Made by a program: the position numbers and the translations under genes
Notes under the pieces: model-generated
What the model was told of the DNA's origin: nothing
What the model saw: only the letters and a program-made list of their open reading frames with translations
Database searches by the model: none
NCBI RefSeq assembly: GCF_009834535.1
Contig: NC_045696.1
Location: forward strand, 4,032,001 to 4,096,000
Source: Camelus ferus
Lineage: Eukaryota
Direction of reading: 5' to 3'
Length of the DNA stretch: 64,000 nucleotides
In this document: positions 1-10,687 of the stretch, piece by piece
Position numbering within the stretch: the stretch's first letter is position 1
Layout of the letters: every line of letters starts with the position of its first letter

Positions 1-189
1 CCTCTCGTCAGCCGGGGGACCCCGTTCAAGGACGACGACAGCCCTTGACCTCCAGCGGTCCCCCGTGCACTGTCCAGCCAGGTTTTTAATGGTGTAAGTG
101 TGTAGGGCAGGCGGCCTGTGAGCTAGTGTCTCAGGTTTTTAGATGCTAAACCCCTCCCAGCAACGATCAGTTACGTATCACTGGGCACC

Positions 190-1780
190 CAAATGCAAGA
201 GAATTAACTGAAACCCCTAACTCACCCTCGAGGCAAAAGATAAACTCAAAATGGGTCAAAAACCAACAAGTATGGCTGAGACTGTAAAACTCTTAGAAGA
301 AAACATAGGATTAGACCTTCATGAGCAGGATTCGGCAGTAGTTCTCTTTTCTTCAGACGGGACCCCTAAAACAGGAGCAGCAAAAAAAAAAAAAAAAAAA
401 AAAGATCATTTGGATTCATCTGAATAGGAACCATTTGTGCATCAGAGAGCGCTAGCACGGAAGTGGAAAGACACCCACAGGTTGGGAGGGAACATTTACA
501 AATTTTACATCTGACAAGTGTCATGTATTCAGAGTATATAAAAAGCTCTACAGCTCAAGCACAAAAAACAAACAATCCAGTTTAAGGATGATCAAAGGAT
601 TGGTGTAGACATCCTTCCAAACAAGAAGATGTGCCTGTGGCTAATAAGACCATGACAAGGTGCTCAAGCTCATTATCCAGCAGAGAAATGCAAAATCAAC
701 CCACAGCGGGACGCCACCTCACACTTGCTCGGATGCCTGTCAGCAAAACGTTGACAGGGAGTGTTGACAAGAGTCTAGAGACGGCAGAACCCCCGCACCG
801 CTGGAGGAAGAGTAATGGTGCAGCTGCTCTGGGAAGCTTTCCAGCAGTTCCTCCGGACGCTCAGCATGTGCTGCCACATGACCAGCGGTTCCATTCGTAG
901 GTACATCCTCCAGAGAATGGACGTGTGTGTTCACATAAATGCGTTCTGAATGTCCTTGTCAGCACTGTCCATAATGGCCAAGAAATGGAAACCACCCATA
1001 TGTACATCAACTGATGAATGGATAAGCAAATTGTGGTCTGCTGGTACGTATCCATTTGCTAGGGCTGTCGTACCGAGGGTCTTAAGCAACAGAAGTTTAA
1101 TTTCTCATAATGCTGGAGGCTGGACGTCCAAGATCAAGTGTCAACCAGTTCGGGTTCTTCTGAGGCCTCCTGTCTTGGCTTGCCGGTGGCGGCCCTCTCC
1201 CACTGTCCTCACGTGGTCACCCTTCTGGGTGTGTCTGTGTCCTGATCTCCTGCTGTTAGGACCAGTGTTACCGGTGAGGGCTCCCCTCCTGGTCTCATTT
1301 CACCTTCACTGCCTCTTTAAAGGCCCTGTGTCCCAGTACCATCCCATTCTGAGGCACCAGGAGATAGGTCTTCAACAAACGAGTTCTGGGGAGACAGAGT
1401 TCAGCTCTCAGTGGAACATTATTCACCCCTAGAAAGGCACGAGGGACTGGCCCGCGCTACACCTCGGATGAACCTGGAGTCTGTCAGGCCGAGTGAAAGC
1501 GGTCAGGCACAAAAAGCTGCATGCTGCATGGTTGCACTTATATGGACGTCCAGATGAGGCGAATCCATAGACCTGGAAAGCTGATTAGTGGTTTCCAGGG
1601 GCTGGGGAGAGAGGGAAACGGGGAGGGACTGCTGGTCGGTACAGGGTTCCATCGCGGGATGGAGTCTTGGGGGATTAGACGGTCTCGATGGTTGCACCAC
1701 TTTGTGACTATGCTGAAAACCGTACACCTTAATAGTGTGAATTTTATGGTTTGTGTATTGACCTCAGTTTTTTAAAAATG
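190..1780 (+). mobile_element. Old L1 (L1M-type) ORF2-end/3'UTR fragment, interrupted by an MLT1 LTR
   Basis: Degenerate L1 3' phrases (aaactcttagaagaaaacatagg, gaaatgcaaaatcaa, actgatgaatggataagcaaattgtgg); L1 resumes after about 1410. Confidence 0.8.
1045..1408 (-). mobile_element. MaLR LTR (MLT1-like) nested in L1
   Basis: tatccatttgctagggctg...caacagaagtttaatttctcataatgctggaggctggacgtccaagatcaag is typical reverse-strand MLT1. Confidence 0.75.
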
Positions 1781-2460
1781 CCTGTGAGAAAGTATCTCCT
1801 GAGCAAAAGAGGGTAACTAGGTTACCATCCTTGATTTAGCAAAGAAAAGAAACCAGAGCCCTGCTGAATTTGCACCCCCTGTGGGGTTTCTCCATACTCT
1901 CGTCTGCTGAGGGGGAAAAGAACTCCAGATGTATAAAGGAAAACCTAAATGTTTTACAGAGTAAACAGTGGCGCCGCCTCGGGTCAGTGCTCTAGCTCTA
2001 TCAGGGCCACGGATTCATAGCGCTGCCTGCTCCTGTTCCCGCCCAGCGAGCTGTGCCGCGTCCCTGACTGCACAGGGCGTCATGGTCGTTTCTGACTTTT
2101 GAAGGGCCTGCAGGGTATGGTATTCTATGAGGCAGGTTTTTGAAAATCCAATTTGATTTGCAAAATTTCCTGCTTGAATACCTGTTCAAGAATGTGTCTT
2201 ACGCTAAGTTTCTGCAGTCACCGCCCGCTTTCTGACGTCATAGCCTGGCTGTATGCTCGCCGTCTGGAGATGACTAAGGACAGTCACCTTGGGATCTGTG
2301 TCTTTACTGCAATCCCTGATTCTATGCCTATTTGAAAATCAGATGTGATTTTTTTCCCTGCCCGTCTGTATTTTCAGAAAGTGCAGAATGATCCTGTGTT
2401 TACAAACCCCCCCAAGGTTATATTTGTAAAATAACCCAGAGGCCCTCTTTCCTTCTGTAG

Positions 2461-2619
2461 GCTATGACGATATCTGTAAACAGATCCAGCAATTTGAAAA
2501 CCAGTATCGTGGCAGAGAGTTGCCGGGGTTTGTGAATTACAAGACGTTTGAGACCATCATCAAAAAGCAGGTGGAGATTCTGGAAGAGCCGGCTGTCGAC
2601 ATGCTGCACAGAGTAACTG
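2461..2619 (+). CDS. MX1: MX1 exon (human exon 14 equivalent), 159 nt
   Basis: ttctgtag|GCTATG...ACTG|gtgagt; encodes [52 protein letters not shown]. Confidence 0.95.
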
Positions 2620-5600
2620 GTGAGTTCTCGGTTTTGCTTTTAGGCGTCTTATTTCTAGGGCCGGGAAAGGGCAAAGTCAAGCCAGTGCCTCCTTTTGGGG
2701 GGTTTTCAGCAGCATCAACAACCCAGCCAGTTTTCCAGATGTCAGCTGGGAGTGCAACAGCTCGTTCCAGCTCTGCCCACGCAGAGTCAGCCCGGAGCCC
2801 ACAGCGTCAGGGCTCAGGCCCCGAGACTGCCCACTGCAGGTGGCACCTGCACGGCCGCTGGCTCCTGTACTTCTGGTTGACCAGCTGTAAATCAGAGTCC
2901 CCCTGACCCCTTCCTTGGGCTTGATGATTTTCTAGAACAGCTCACAGGACTCGGGAACACGCTCGACTTCCCTTCACTGGCTTGTTGCAGAGGATTTGCT
3001 TCCTTTACCAGTTTATTATAAAGGATATTATAAAGTTCCAGATGAAAGAGATACATTGGGTGAGGTTTGGGCGGGTCCCAAGTGCAGTGCTTCTGTCCTG
3101 AGGAGTTGGGGGGAGCTCACCCTCTTGGCACATGGATGTGCTCAGCATTCTGGAAGCTCTCTGAACCCTGTCATTAAGGGCTTTTATGGAGGCGACATCA
3201 ATTTTTAACTCAATTCCCAGCCCCTCACCCACCCTCCGGAGGTTGGGGAGAAGGGGGAGGTCGGACTGAATCTTCCAGGCTGCTAACCAGGGCTTGGTCC
3301 TTCTGGCGACCTGTCCCCATGCTGGAGCCCTCTAGCGCCACCGAGAGTCACCGCATTAGAACGAGAGATGCTCCTATCACCCAGGAAATTCTAGGGGACT
3401 TAGGAGCCTGTGCTGGGACCCAGGGACAAGGGCCGAGTGTGCTTCTTGTCCTGTGTCACCTCCCTCCACTCCGCTGCTGTGCGTACTTCGCAGCCTCAGT
3501 GCACGCTGTTTCTTAAATCTCTGGGAAGTCAGGCTGACGATTAAACAGGTGCTCATTCTGGGAGTGTTTCTGAGGTTCTGAGGTGCTGTGTGGCCCTGGG
3601 GCAGTGTCCCTGCTGTCAGGTACGAGTAGGAAGCTGTGCCCCCCGCCTCCAGCAGAAACGCAGCAGCCCGCAGCGCTGACCGCGCCCTCCCCCTACGTGC
3701 TCTGCCCCTTGGTTTCCAAGGTCTCAGCCAGTCTCTTTTCTTTGTTGCCTCCTTGGCTGACACCTTTTTCGCTCAGGCTTCAACTGTCTCATTTTAGCGC
3801 TGAGTGACAGTCATAGGCATTCATAGATCCTGCAGCCAGTGGTGGGGACAGACCCGTAGCGGACCATTAGGAGGTGCATTTCTAGTAACAGTCTGCCTCT
3901 AGGCTTAAGAGCTGTGTAGCAAAATCTGCGGTTGTGTTGTGCTGACCAAGTGTGCATCCTTCATTCAGTCCTGAAGGAATTTGTAGCACTTCTCGGCTTC
4001 CAGTCACAGAAAACATGTCAAAACATTTGTATCTATATATACACACAGATACCTGCTTCTGTTTCGGAAAGTTGTGATGTGGTGTCGAAGATTTCCAAGC
4101 GCAAAGATACTGTCCATCAGACTGAGATAACATTCTGTGAGGAAGACAAATGGAAATAGGAGTTTCAAAAATAGAAAGAAATAATGTAAACTTTCTGATT
4201 GAAATCAGACCTTGTTTGCGTATTTCTTTCAAATGAAGAACGTGGCCATTTTGATTCTATTGTTGTATTTAAAAGAGTGATGTGTTTTTCTATAAACTAT
4301 TGATATATTTGTAATTTACCAGAAATTACACTCTTTGCCACTGTTTATACTTGAGTTAAAATGTTTTAATGCCAAGTAAATATGCTGGGGACATTTATGT
4401 TTTAAAATTCCTCCAGGGAGTTTTTGAGTAAAACATCTCAGCTTCCCCGTTTGGAGAGAAGGGAGGTTGGAGGGAGGCGGGCGGAGGGCGCTGCTCCTGC
4501 CGCTTCACCCTCTGACGTTTCTCACTCTCTGAAGCTCCCGACCCCTTAGCAATGCTTCTCTGTCTCTCTTTCACCAGATATAGTCCGGCTTGCCTTCACA
4601 AATGTTTCAGAAACACATTTTAACGAGTTTTTCAACCTCCACAGAACTGCCAAGGTAAAACCAACCTTACGTTATTTTTTTTAATTAAAAAAAATGTAGG
4701 CCTGGCACTAGGGACGAGATTTCTTAGGTTAAGACTGTTGATTCTTTATCGCGTATTTGGAGAAAGAAATCGCGAAGCTCAGTAGTGACTCTAACGATGT
4801 GACCAGTGCGTCAAGAGAATCCACAAACAACATGTTGAATCACAGGAGCACGAGAGAGCCGTCCTGAGTGTAGAGCGTTGTCACGTCTGGAGAATGTGGC
4901 CCTGAGTGCGGAGGCCCACTGAGGCAGCCACGGGTAAACCTGCCATCCTTGTGGGGAGGGAGGTCAGCGGTGGAGCCTGTGCTTAGCCTGCATGCTGTCC
5001 TGGGTCAAACCCCAGTAACTCCCTTAAAAAATGTTTTTAAGTGATGTTTCAAGAATGAAGAAAGAGAGCAAAAGGGCAACGAGGCCCCCCTCCCCCGCCA
5101 ATCAGCCCGGAGAGCTGAGCCGGCTGCCCTCGGAGCCTGGGTCCCTGGTCCTGCCTCGGGCACCACCGCACTTCCTCCTCCCCGTGCAGGGCCTGGCAGT
5201 GGCAGGCCCAGGTGCCGGCTGCCTTCCCACTGTCCCTCCCCCGGGGCAAGGGGGGCTGGAGGGAGAGCTCTCTGGTGTCTCTTCTTCCAGGGGCTGCATC
5301 CATTTTCAGGGCTCCTCTCTCACCGCCCAGACCCACCCCCCCCCCCAAGACCCCGCCTCCAGGTGCCCTCACACTGCAGATGAGGCTTTCAACACTGAAG
5401 TTGTGCCCCTAGCACCCAGCACCCAGCACCCCGCACTCTGGGGAAGACTGGCTCTGCCTTTCCCAAGCCGGAGCTCTTGGGGCCACTTAACCTGCCTGGC
5501 CTGACGCTCCTCACCCACAAAATGGGAGTAAGAATGACCTTCTTCCGTAGCCCTCCTACACTGCGGGTGGGAGTGCAGTTTGCTGCAGTCCTCCTGGGAA

Positions 5601-8600
5601 ACAGTATGGACTTTCCATGAAAAAACAAAAACAGACTTACCCTGTGCTCCAGCCATCCCACTTCTGGGCGTATATCGAGAGGGAACTCTAACTGGAAAAA
5701 ATGCACGCACCCCAATGTTCACAGCAGCACTATTTACAACAGCTAAGACATGGAAGCAACCTAAATGTCCATTGAAAGATAATGGATAAAGAAATTGTGG
5801 CATATGTACACAATGGAATACTACTCAGCCATAAAAAGAATAAAATAATTCCATTTTCAGAGTCGTGGATCTAAGATTCTAAAAAAAATGCGACAACTGA
5901 ACTTATTTAGAAAGCAAAACAGACCCAGAGACATAGAAGACAAAATTGTGGTTATGAGGTGGGGGACGGGGGATGCAGGGATAATTGGGAGGTCAGCATT
6001 TCCAGGTGCACACTATTATATAGAAAATAGGTAAACGCCAAAGTCGTACTGTGTAGCACAAGGAATTATATTCAACCCCTTGTAATAGCCTATAATAAAA
6101 AGAATATGAAAAGGAATATATGTATATATATATAACTGAATCACTATGTTGTGCACCAGAAATTAACACAACATTGTAAGCAAACCATATTTCTATAAAA
6201 AAAAAAAAAAGGCCTCCTTCAGAAGTTTGTACTGAACATAGAAGAAAAGGTTTAGGATGCACCTGGCATCACACATCACCCTCAGTGGTACCCAGTGAAG
6301 TCTGTGGGTCCAGATTCCTTCTGGCTGAAGGGTTTCCTCCTGGCTCTCTGGCAGCCAGTTTCTCTGAACTCCAGAATATGAAATGTATGTGATTTCCCGA
6401 TTTAAATCTGGCCCCCACTTATGCCTGTGAGCTCTCTGGTAGAAAAACACTCTTCCTTGTCAGATGGAAAGATTGTAAAAGAGAAAGGAGGCTGGAAATG
6501 AGACCTGAGAACAGAGCCCGCACTGGTCCCTGGCCCTGGGGCTAAGGGGTCTGGTCACCCGTGCGGCTCGGGCTTCCTGGGGAATTCTGACCTCCACCAG
6601 GGGCGGGAGCCCACCTTGGAGAAGTCGGCCACATCGGGCATAAATTGGCACCTGCTGGGGGTGGCCCTTGCAGAGGACTTATTTTCTTCCGACCGCTTGA
6701 TTCATTCCATAGGGAAATGTTGTCATGTTTCTCTTTCGCCGTAGTCCAAAGTTGAGGACATTAAATTAGATCTAGAAAATGAAGCTGAGAAGCTGATCCG
6801 ATTACACTTCCAAATGGAGCAGATCATCTACTGCCAGGACAAGGTGTACCGGGGTGCGCTGCAGAAGGCCAGGGAGAAGGAGGCCGAAGAAGAAAAGAAC
6901 AAAAAATCAAAGCATTCTATTTCGACCCTCACTGAGGACCCCTCCATAGCTGAGGTCGTTCAGCACCTGACCGCCTACCACGAGGTGAGTCGGCGAGTGT
7001 CTGAGAAAGGTGCTGTTCGCCTGTTCCCTTGTGTGTGAATGCCTCTCCCTTCATTCCTGTTGTCTGTGCAAGGGGACCACCAGCTCCACGGTTCAGTCCT
7101 TGGTGAACCTCCGAGGAAGCAGCTCCATCGGATAGATGAGAAGCCTGTGACTCGTGTCTGGTTTTGCTGGCTGTGTGGTCCTGGCCAAGTTGCTTAACCT
7201 CTCTGAGCCTCAGCTTTCTTCTCTGTAAAACGGTGTCTCCGCTCAGGGTTCTTGTGGATCGTCAGTGAGAGGGGTATGAGGAAACCCCTCCAGCAGCACT
7301 GGAGCTCAGAGGCAGCTGGCCACAGCGACACGTGCTTGGACAGCCACCCCGCATTTCACACGATGCGAAGGGCCCTCTCAGTCACCTCGGGGAAGGGTGC
7401 CCAGCTTAGAGCTGTGGGGATTTGCAAAAGTCTAGGCAGGAAAGATGTTATGTATTGATTTACTTCCTTATTCACTTATTTATTCATTTAGATGGCAGTA
7501 CTGGGGGTTTCCCCCAGGACCCCATGCCTGCCGGGCACGGGCGCACCCGGTGAGCTCTACCCTCCCCACAACTGTCCATCTTTGTACGATGCTAAACCCA
7601 CTGCCCCTCATTTCCTTTTTTTCCTTTTTTTATAATGCGATACAACATATATCACATGAAATTTACCATTTTAACTTTTCAGGTGTACGATTCAGTGGCC
7701 CTAAGCCCATCCACGCTGGCGAGCAACCATCACTACCACCACTCCAGACCTTTTTCATCCTCCCCAAATGAAACTCTGCTCCCACTGAACACCCATTCCC
7801 CACCCCCTGCCTGGCCGCTGGCACCCCATTCTGCCTTCTGCCTCTGAATTGTCCTGTTCTCCGTAGCTCATGTAACTAGATTCACAGTATTTGTCCTCTG
7901 GTGTCTGGCTTATTCTCTGCAGCATAATGTTCTCAAGGTTCATCCTTTCTGATCCCCTGAGAGGACACGTGTGGCAGGTGTCAGGGCTCCCTTCCTCTGC
8001 TGAAGGGGATGATACTCCATGGTGTGTATGTCCTGCATTTGTCCATCCATCCATCGGGCCATGGACACTAGCTCTGTCCCTACCTTTCGGCCCCTCAGGA
8101 ATGAGGCTGCAGTGAACACGGGGCACAACTACCTGTGCTCCTGCCTCTCTGTGCAGACATTGGGTGCCTCTTCTTGTCTGTTCCAGTTTCAGTATGAAGT
8201 TTAGAGGTAGCTTGTCGAGTTCCTTATGAAACAAGGGAACTGTTGGCATCCTTACTGGGACGACACTCAGTGCACAGGTCTGCACAGAAGAGTCGCCATC
8301 TTTGTGACTTTAGATGTTCCTGTCCAAGGAGATCGCGGGTCACCACGGGTGACCATGGATACGCTCCCTAGTTCACGTCAGCTGATGAGCGATCTCCGTC
8401 CCACCTGCAGCTTCAGTTCCAAGAACGTCTTGAGTCTTCCCAGTTGTAAGAGCTCCTTCTGGGTGGCCTCCGAAGTGTTCTAGAGTTCTCTGCAGGAAGG
8501 CCGTGCACACGTCTCAAGTTTGCTCCTCCGCCTTGTCTCATCTCTGTCTCTAGTGTGCATGAGCCTTGTCCCGCGATGCGTCTTCTGCTTGTTGTTCGCA

Positions 8601-10309
8601 AGCGTGGTTTCTGTGTTTTGTCTGACTCTGTCACCCGCACTGACCCTCTTCCTGCTGGTGGTGGTTTTACAGCTGATTCTCCCGAGTTTGCCCAGCGAAC
8701 ACTCATCCTCTTGCAAATGGTGGTTTTACCCTCCTCTCCTCTTTCCATTTTTAGCTCAAACTTCCTTTTCTTGCCTCTGGTCTCTTCAGTGCAACTTAAA
8801 GCAGTATTGGACTAACAGCCATGCCTCGTCTCTGATGTTAGTGAGAACCCCACTCTCCAGCTGAGGACGGTCCTCACTGGCCACAGTCCAGGTGTCAGGC
8901 GGGCTCGATTCCTGATGGAGGCTGTCAGGGGGCGCCCGTTTCTTCACCTCGTCCAGCTCCTGCAGGCTGCCCGCATCCCTGGCTAGGAGCCCTCCTGCAT
9001 CTTCTAAGGAAGCGCTGTTGCAGCCAACCCCCTATTTTCTAGGTTTTCTTCAGAGATTCTGTAGGGACAAGAGGAAGGGGCGACATGCTAAGGAAAGGGT
9101 TTGAGGTCTGTGATCAGCTCATGGACATTCTTCTGATTGGCTGGTGGTGAGGTACCTGGGAGTCAGCAGCGTCCACCTTCTGGCTCCATCCAGTCTGGGG
9201 TCTCCTTGCTGGTGGGCAGCATGCAGTTAACTTCTTCCGCCTGGTAGGGGTTTTACTGTCTGTAAAACAGCTCAAAGGACATGGCTCAGAATATGACCTG
9301 CAGCCCTTGAGGAGGAACAAAATTCCTTTGTTTAGCGGCTACACTGTTATTATTTTGTTTTGCTTAACTATTATCCTTTGTTTTGGCATTTTTTAAACTT
9401 CCCTGATTGAATTTATTCTTAGCTATTTTTTTTTTTCCAGACAAGAAGCCAGCAGAGGAAATGGGGGGCTTTGTTCTGGGAAGGCCCCATAGGGTCCTGC
9501 CCAGTTACAGGGACAGAGAGAGGAAAAGCTGAAACTGATTTTCAACACACATAGAACACAGTGGGTTTCCTTCTGTGGCCTTGGAAGACCCAGCCTCTTT
9601 CCTGCTAATTAATTTTAGCCTTGATTTTAAAAAAGGGTAGTAAAATCTTTGGAAGTAGAGTTCCAAGTAATTTGAAAATGTAGTTTTTATACTCAGTCCG
9701 TCCATTTAGCTTTTTAGAGTACATTTTAACCTCTTCCATCAAAAGTGACCATTTAGAGGGGGTGGTATAGCTCAGTGGTGGAGAGCATGCTTAGCATACA
9801 GGAGGTCCTGGGTTCAGTCCCAGTAACTCCATCAAAAAAAAAAAAAAAGTAGAAGAACTAAAAAAAGTAACTATTTAGTGAATAGGAGAAGGTGGTTGGA
9901 GTGCAGGGTTGGCGCTCACCCCTTGTGCCCAGAGCACAGAGGATGCAGGCAGCTGTGAACCCAGGAGGGGACCTGCCGCCCGCCAGGTCGGGTCTGTCCC
10001 CAGGCCCTGTGGTGAAGTCAGGTGTCCAGGCTGCAGCGGCCCCTCACTTGCTATGAACTGTCCCTTCCTTCCTCCCAGGAGGTCAGCAACCGCATCTCCA
10101 GCCACATCCCCTTGATCATCCAGTACTTTGTGCTGCGGTCGTTCGGCCAGCAGCTGCAGAAGGGCATGCTGCAGCTCCTGCAGAACAAGGACGAGTATGA
10201 CTGGCTTCTGAAGGAGCGCAGCCACACCAGCGACAAGAGGAAGTTCCTGAAGGAGCGGCTGTCGCGGCTGACCCAGGCTCGGCGCCGGCTCGCCAAGTTC
10301 CCTGGGTAA
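2461..10309 (+). CDS. MX1: MX1 (MxA-type dynamin-like GTPase), 3' part: four coding exons 2461-2619, 4578-4654, 6745-6984, 10079-10309; 5' exons lie upstream of the window
   Basis: Spliced translation gives MxA stalk/BSE motifs [28 protein letters not shown] and C-terminus [22 protein letters not shown]. All introns are GT-AG and phases are compatible. Confidence 0.96.
2690..3440. mobile_element. MER21-like LTR
   Basis: cagggctcaggcccc...gaccagctgtaaatcagag...ttctagaacagctcacagga...tttaccagtttattataaaggatatt resembles the MER21 consensus as remembered; ends approximate. Confidence 0.65.
4578..4654 (+). CDS. MX1: MX1 exon (15 equivalent), 77 nt
   Basis: tttcaccag|ATATAG...GCCAAG|gtaaaa; encodes [26 protein letters not shown]. 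Confidence 0.94.
4951..5031 (+). mobile_element. Degenerate tRNA-Ala-derived SINE (vic-1-like)
   Basis: ggggaggg...gcttagcctgcatg..gtcctgggtcaaaccccagtaactcc followed by an A-run; similar to the 9757 copy. Confidence 0.6.
5545..6210 (+). mobile_element. 5'-truncated L1 3' end with poly(A) tail
   Basis: ccagccatcccacttctgggc, cccaatgttcacagcagcactatttacaa, actgtgtagcacaaggaattatattcaa; A-tail ends at 6210. Confidence 0.88.
6745..6984 (+). CDS. MX1: MX1 exon (16 equivalent), 240 nt, contains loop L4
   Basis: cgccgtag|TCCAAA...CACGAG|gtgagt; encodes [80 protein letters not shown]. Confidence 0.95.
7140..7290 (+). mobile_element. MIR fragment
   Basis: ggctgtgtggtcctggccaagttgcttaacctctctgagcctcagctttcttctctgtaaaa = MIR core. 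Confidence 0.75.
7455..7568 (-). mobile_element. Degenerate tRNA-derived SINE (vic-1-like), reverse orientation
   Basis: Reverse complement reads ggggagggtagagctcaccgg...gggtcctggggg...ccccagtactgcc plus an A-rich tail. Confidence 0.6.
7630..8150 (-). mobile_element. Old L1 3'UTR fragment
   Basis: aaatttaccattttaac...gtctggcttattctctgcagcataatgttctcaaggttcatcc. Confidence 0.75.
9016..9509. mobile_element. ERV1-class solo LTR (family uncertain)
   Basis: tg...ca bounded (ends cctgcccagttaca); internal gacattcttctgattggctggtggtgaggt is typical of mammalian ERV1 LTRs. Confidence 0.5.
9757..9862 (+). mobile_element. tRNA-Ala-derived SINE (camelid vic-1-type) with A-tail and target-site duplication
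   Basis: ggtatagctcagtggtggagagcatgcttagcatacaggaggtcctgggttcagtcccagtaactcc (A and B boxes) + poly(A); flanked by aaaagtgaccatttag (9741-9756) / aaaagtaactatttag (9863-9878). Confidence 0.85.
10079..10309 (+). CDS. MX1: MX1 terminal coding exon, 231 nt including TAA
   Basis: cctcccag|GAGGTC; encodes [76 protein letters not shown]. Confidence 0.96.
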   Translation, partial: EVSNRISSHIPLIIQYFVLRSFGQQLQKGMLQLLQNKDEYDWLLKERSHTSDKRKFLKERLSRLTQARRRLAKFPG

Positions 10310-10681
10310 ACCGGCCCTCCGGCCCGTCCAGGGTCTCCAGGACACATCCCTAGGGAGCGGAGGACCAACGTCTTTCCCTGGTAGCCTCGCATCATTAGCA
10401 ACCCATTTCACAGATGACTGAGCGACTAGTAGGTTCTCTGCTCTTAGTGAGTGAGGACTTTGTAAGGAGCTGTGACGAGCAGGTGGGCTTCAGGCACCCA
10501 GCGATTTTCTTGCTTGCTCTTCCCCTTCCCTCAGCTCTCTCCCTTTCTTCATCAGATACTCACCCACGCACCAGCATCCTAGACGGGTCTTCCTGCTTTC
10601 TGTAATAGCCTTTCACACCGACGTTTTAGGGGCATTAGTGCCACGTGTGACTGCACACCGAAGCCTGTTTCTTCAATTTTT

Positions 10682-10687
10682 AATAAA
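10682..10687 (+). terminator. MX1 polyadenylation signal AATAAA
   Basis: AATAAA about 370 nt after the stop, followed by T/GT-rich sequence. Confidence 0.75.

Noticed and set aside
9757..9830. Functional tRNA-Ala gene
   Set aside because: Poly(A) tail, TSD and an imperfect acceptor stem indicate a SINE.
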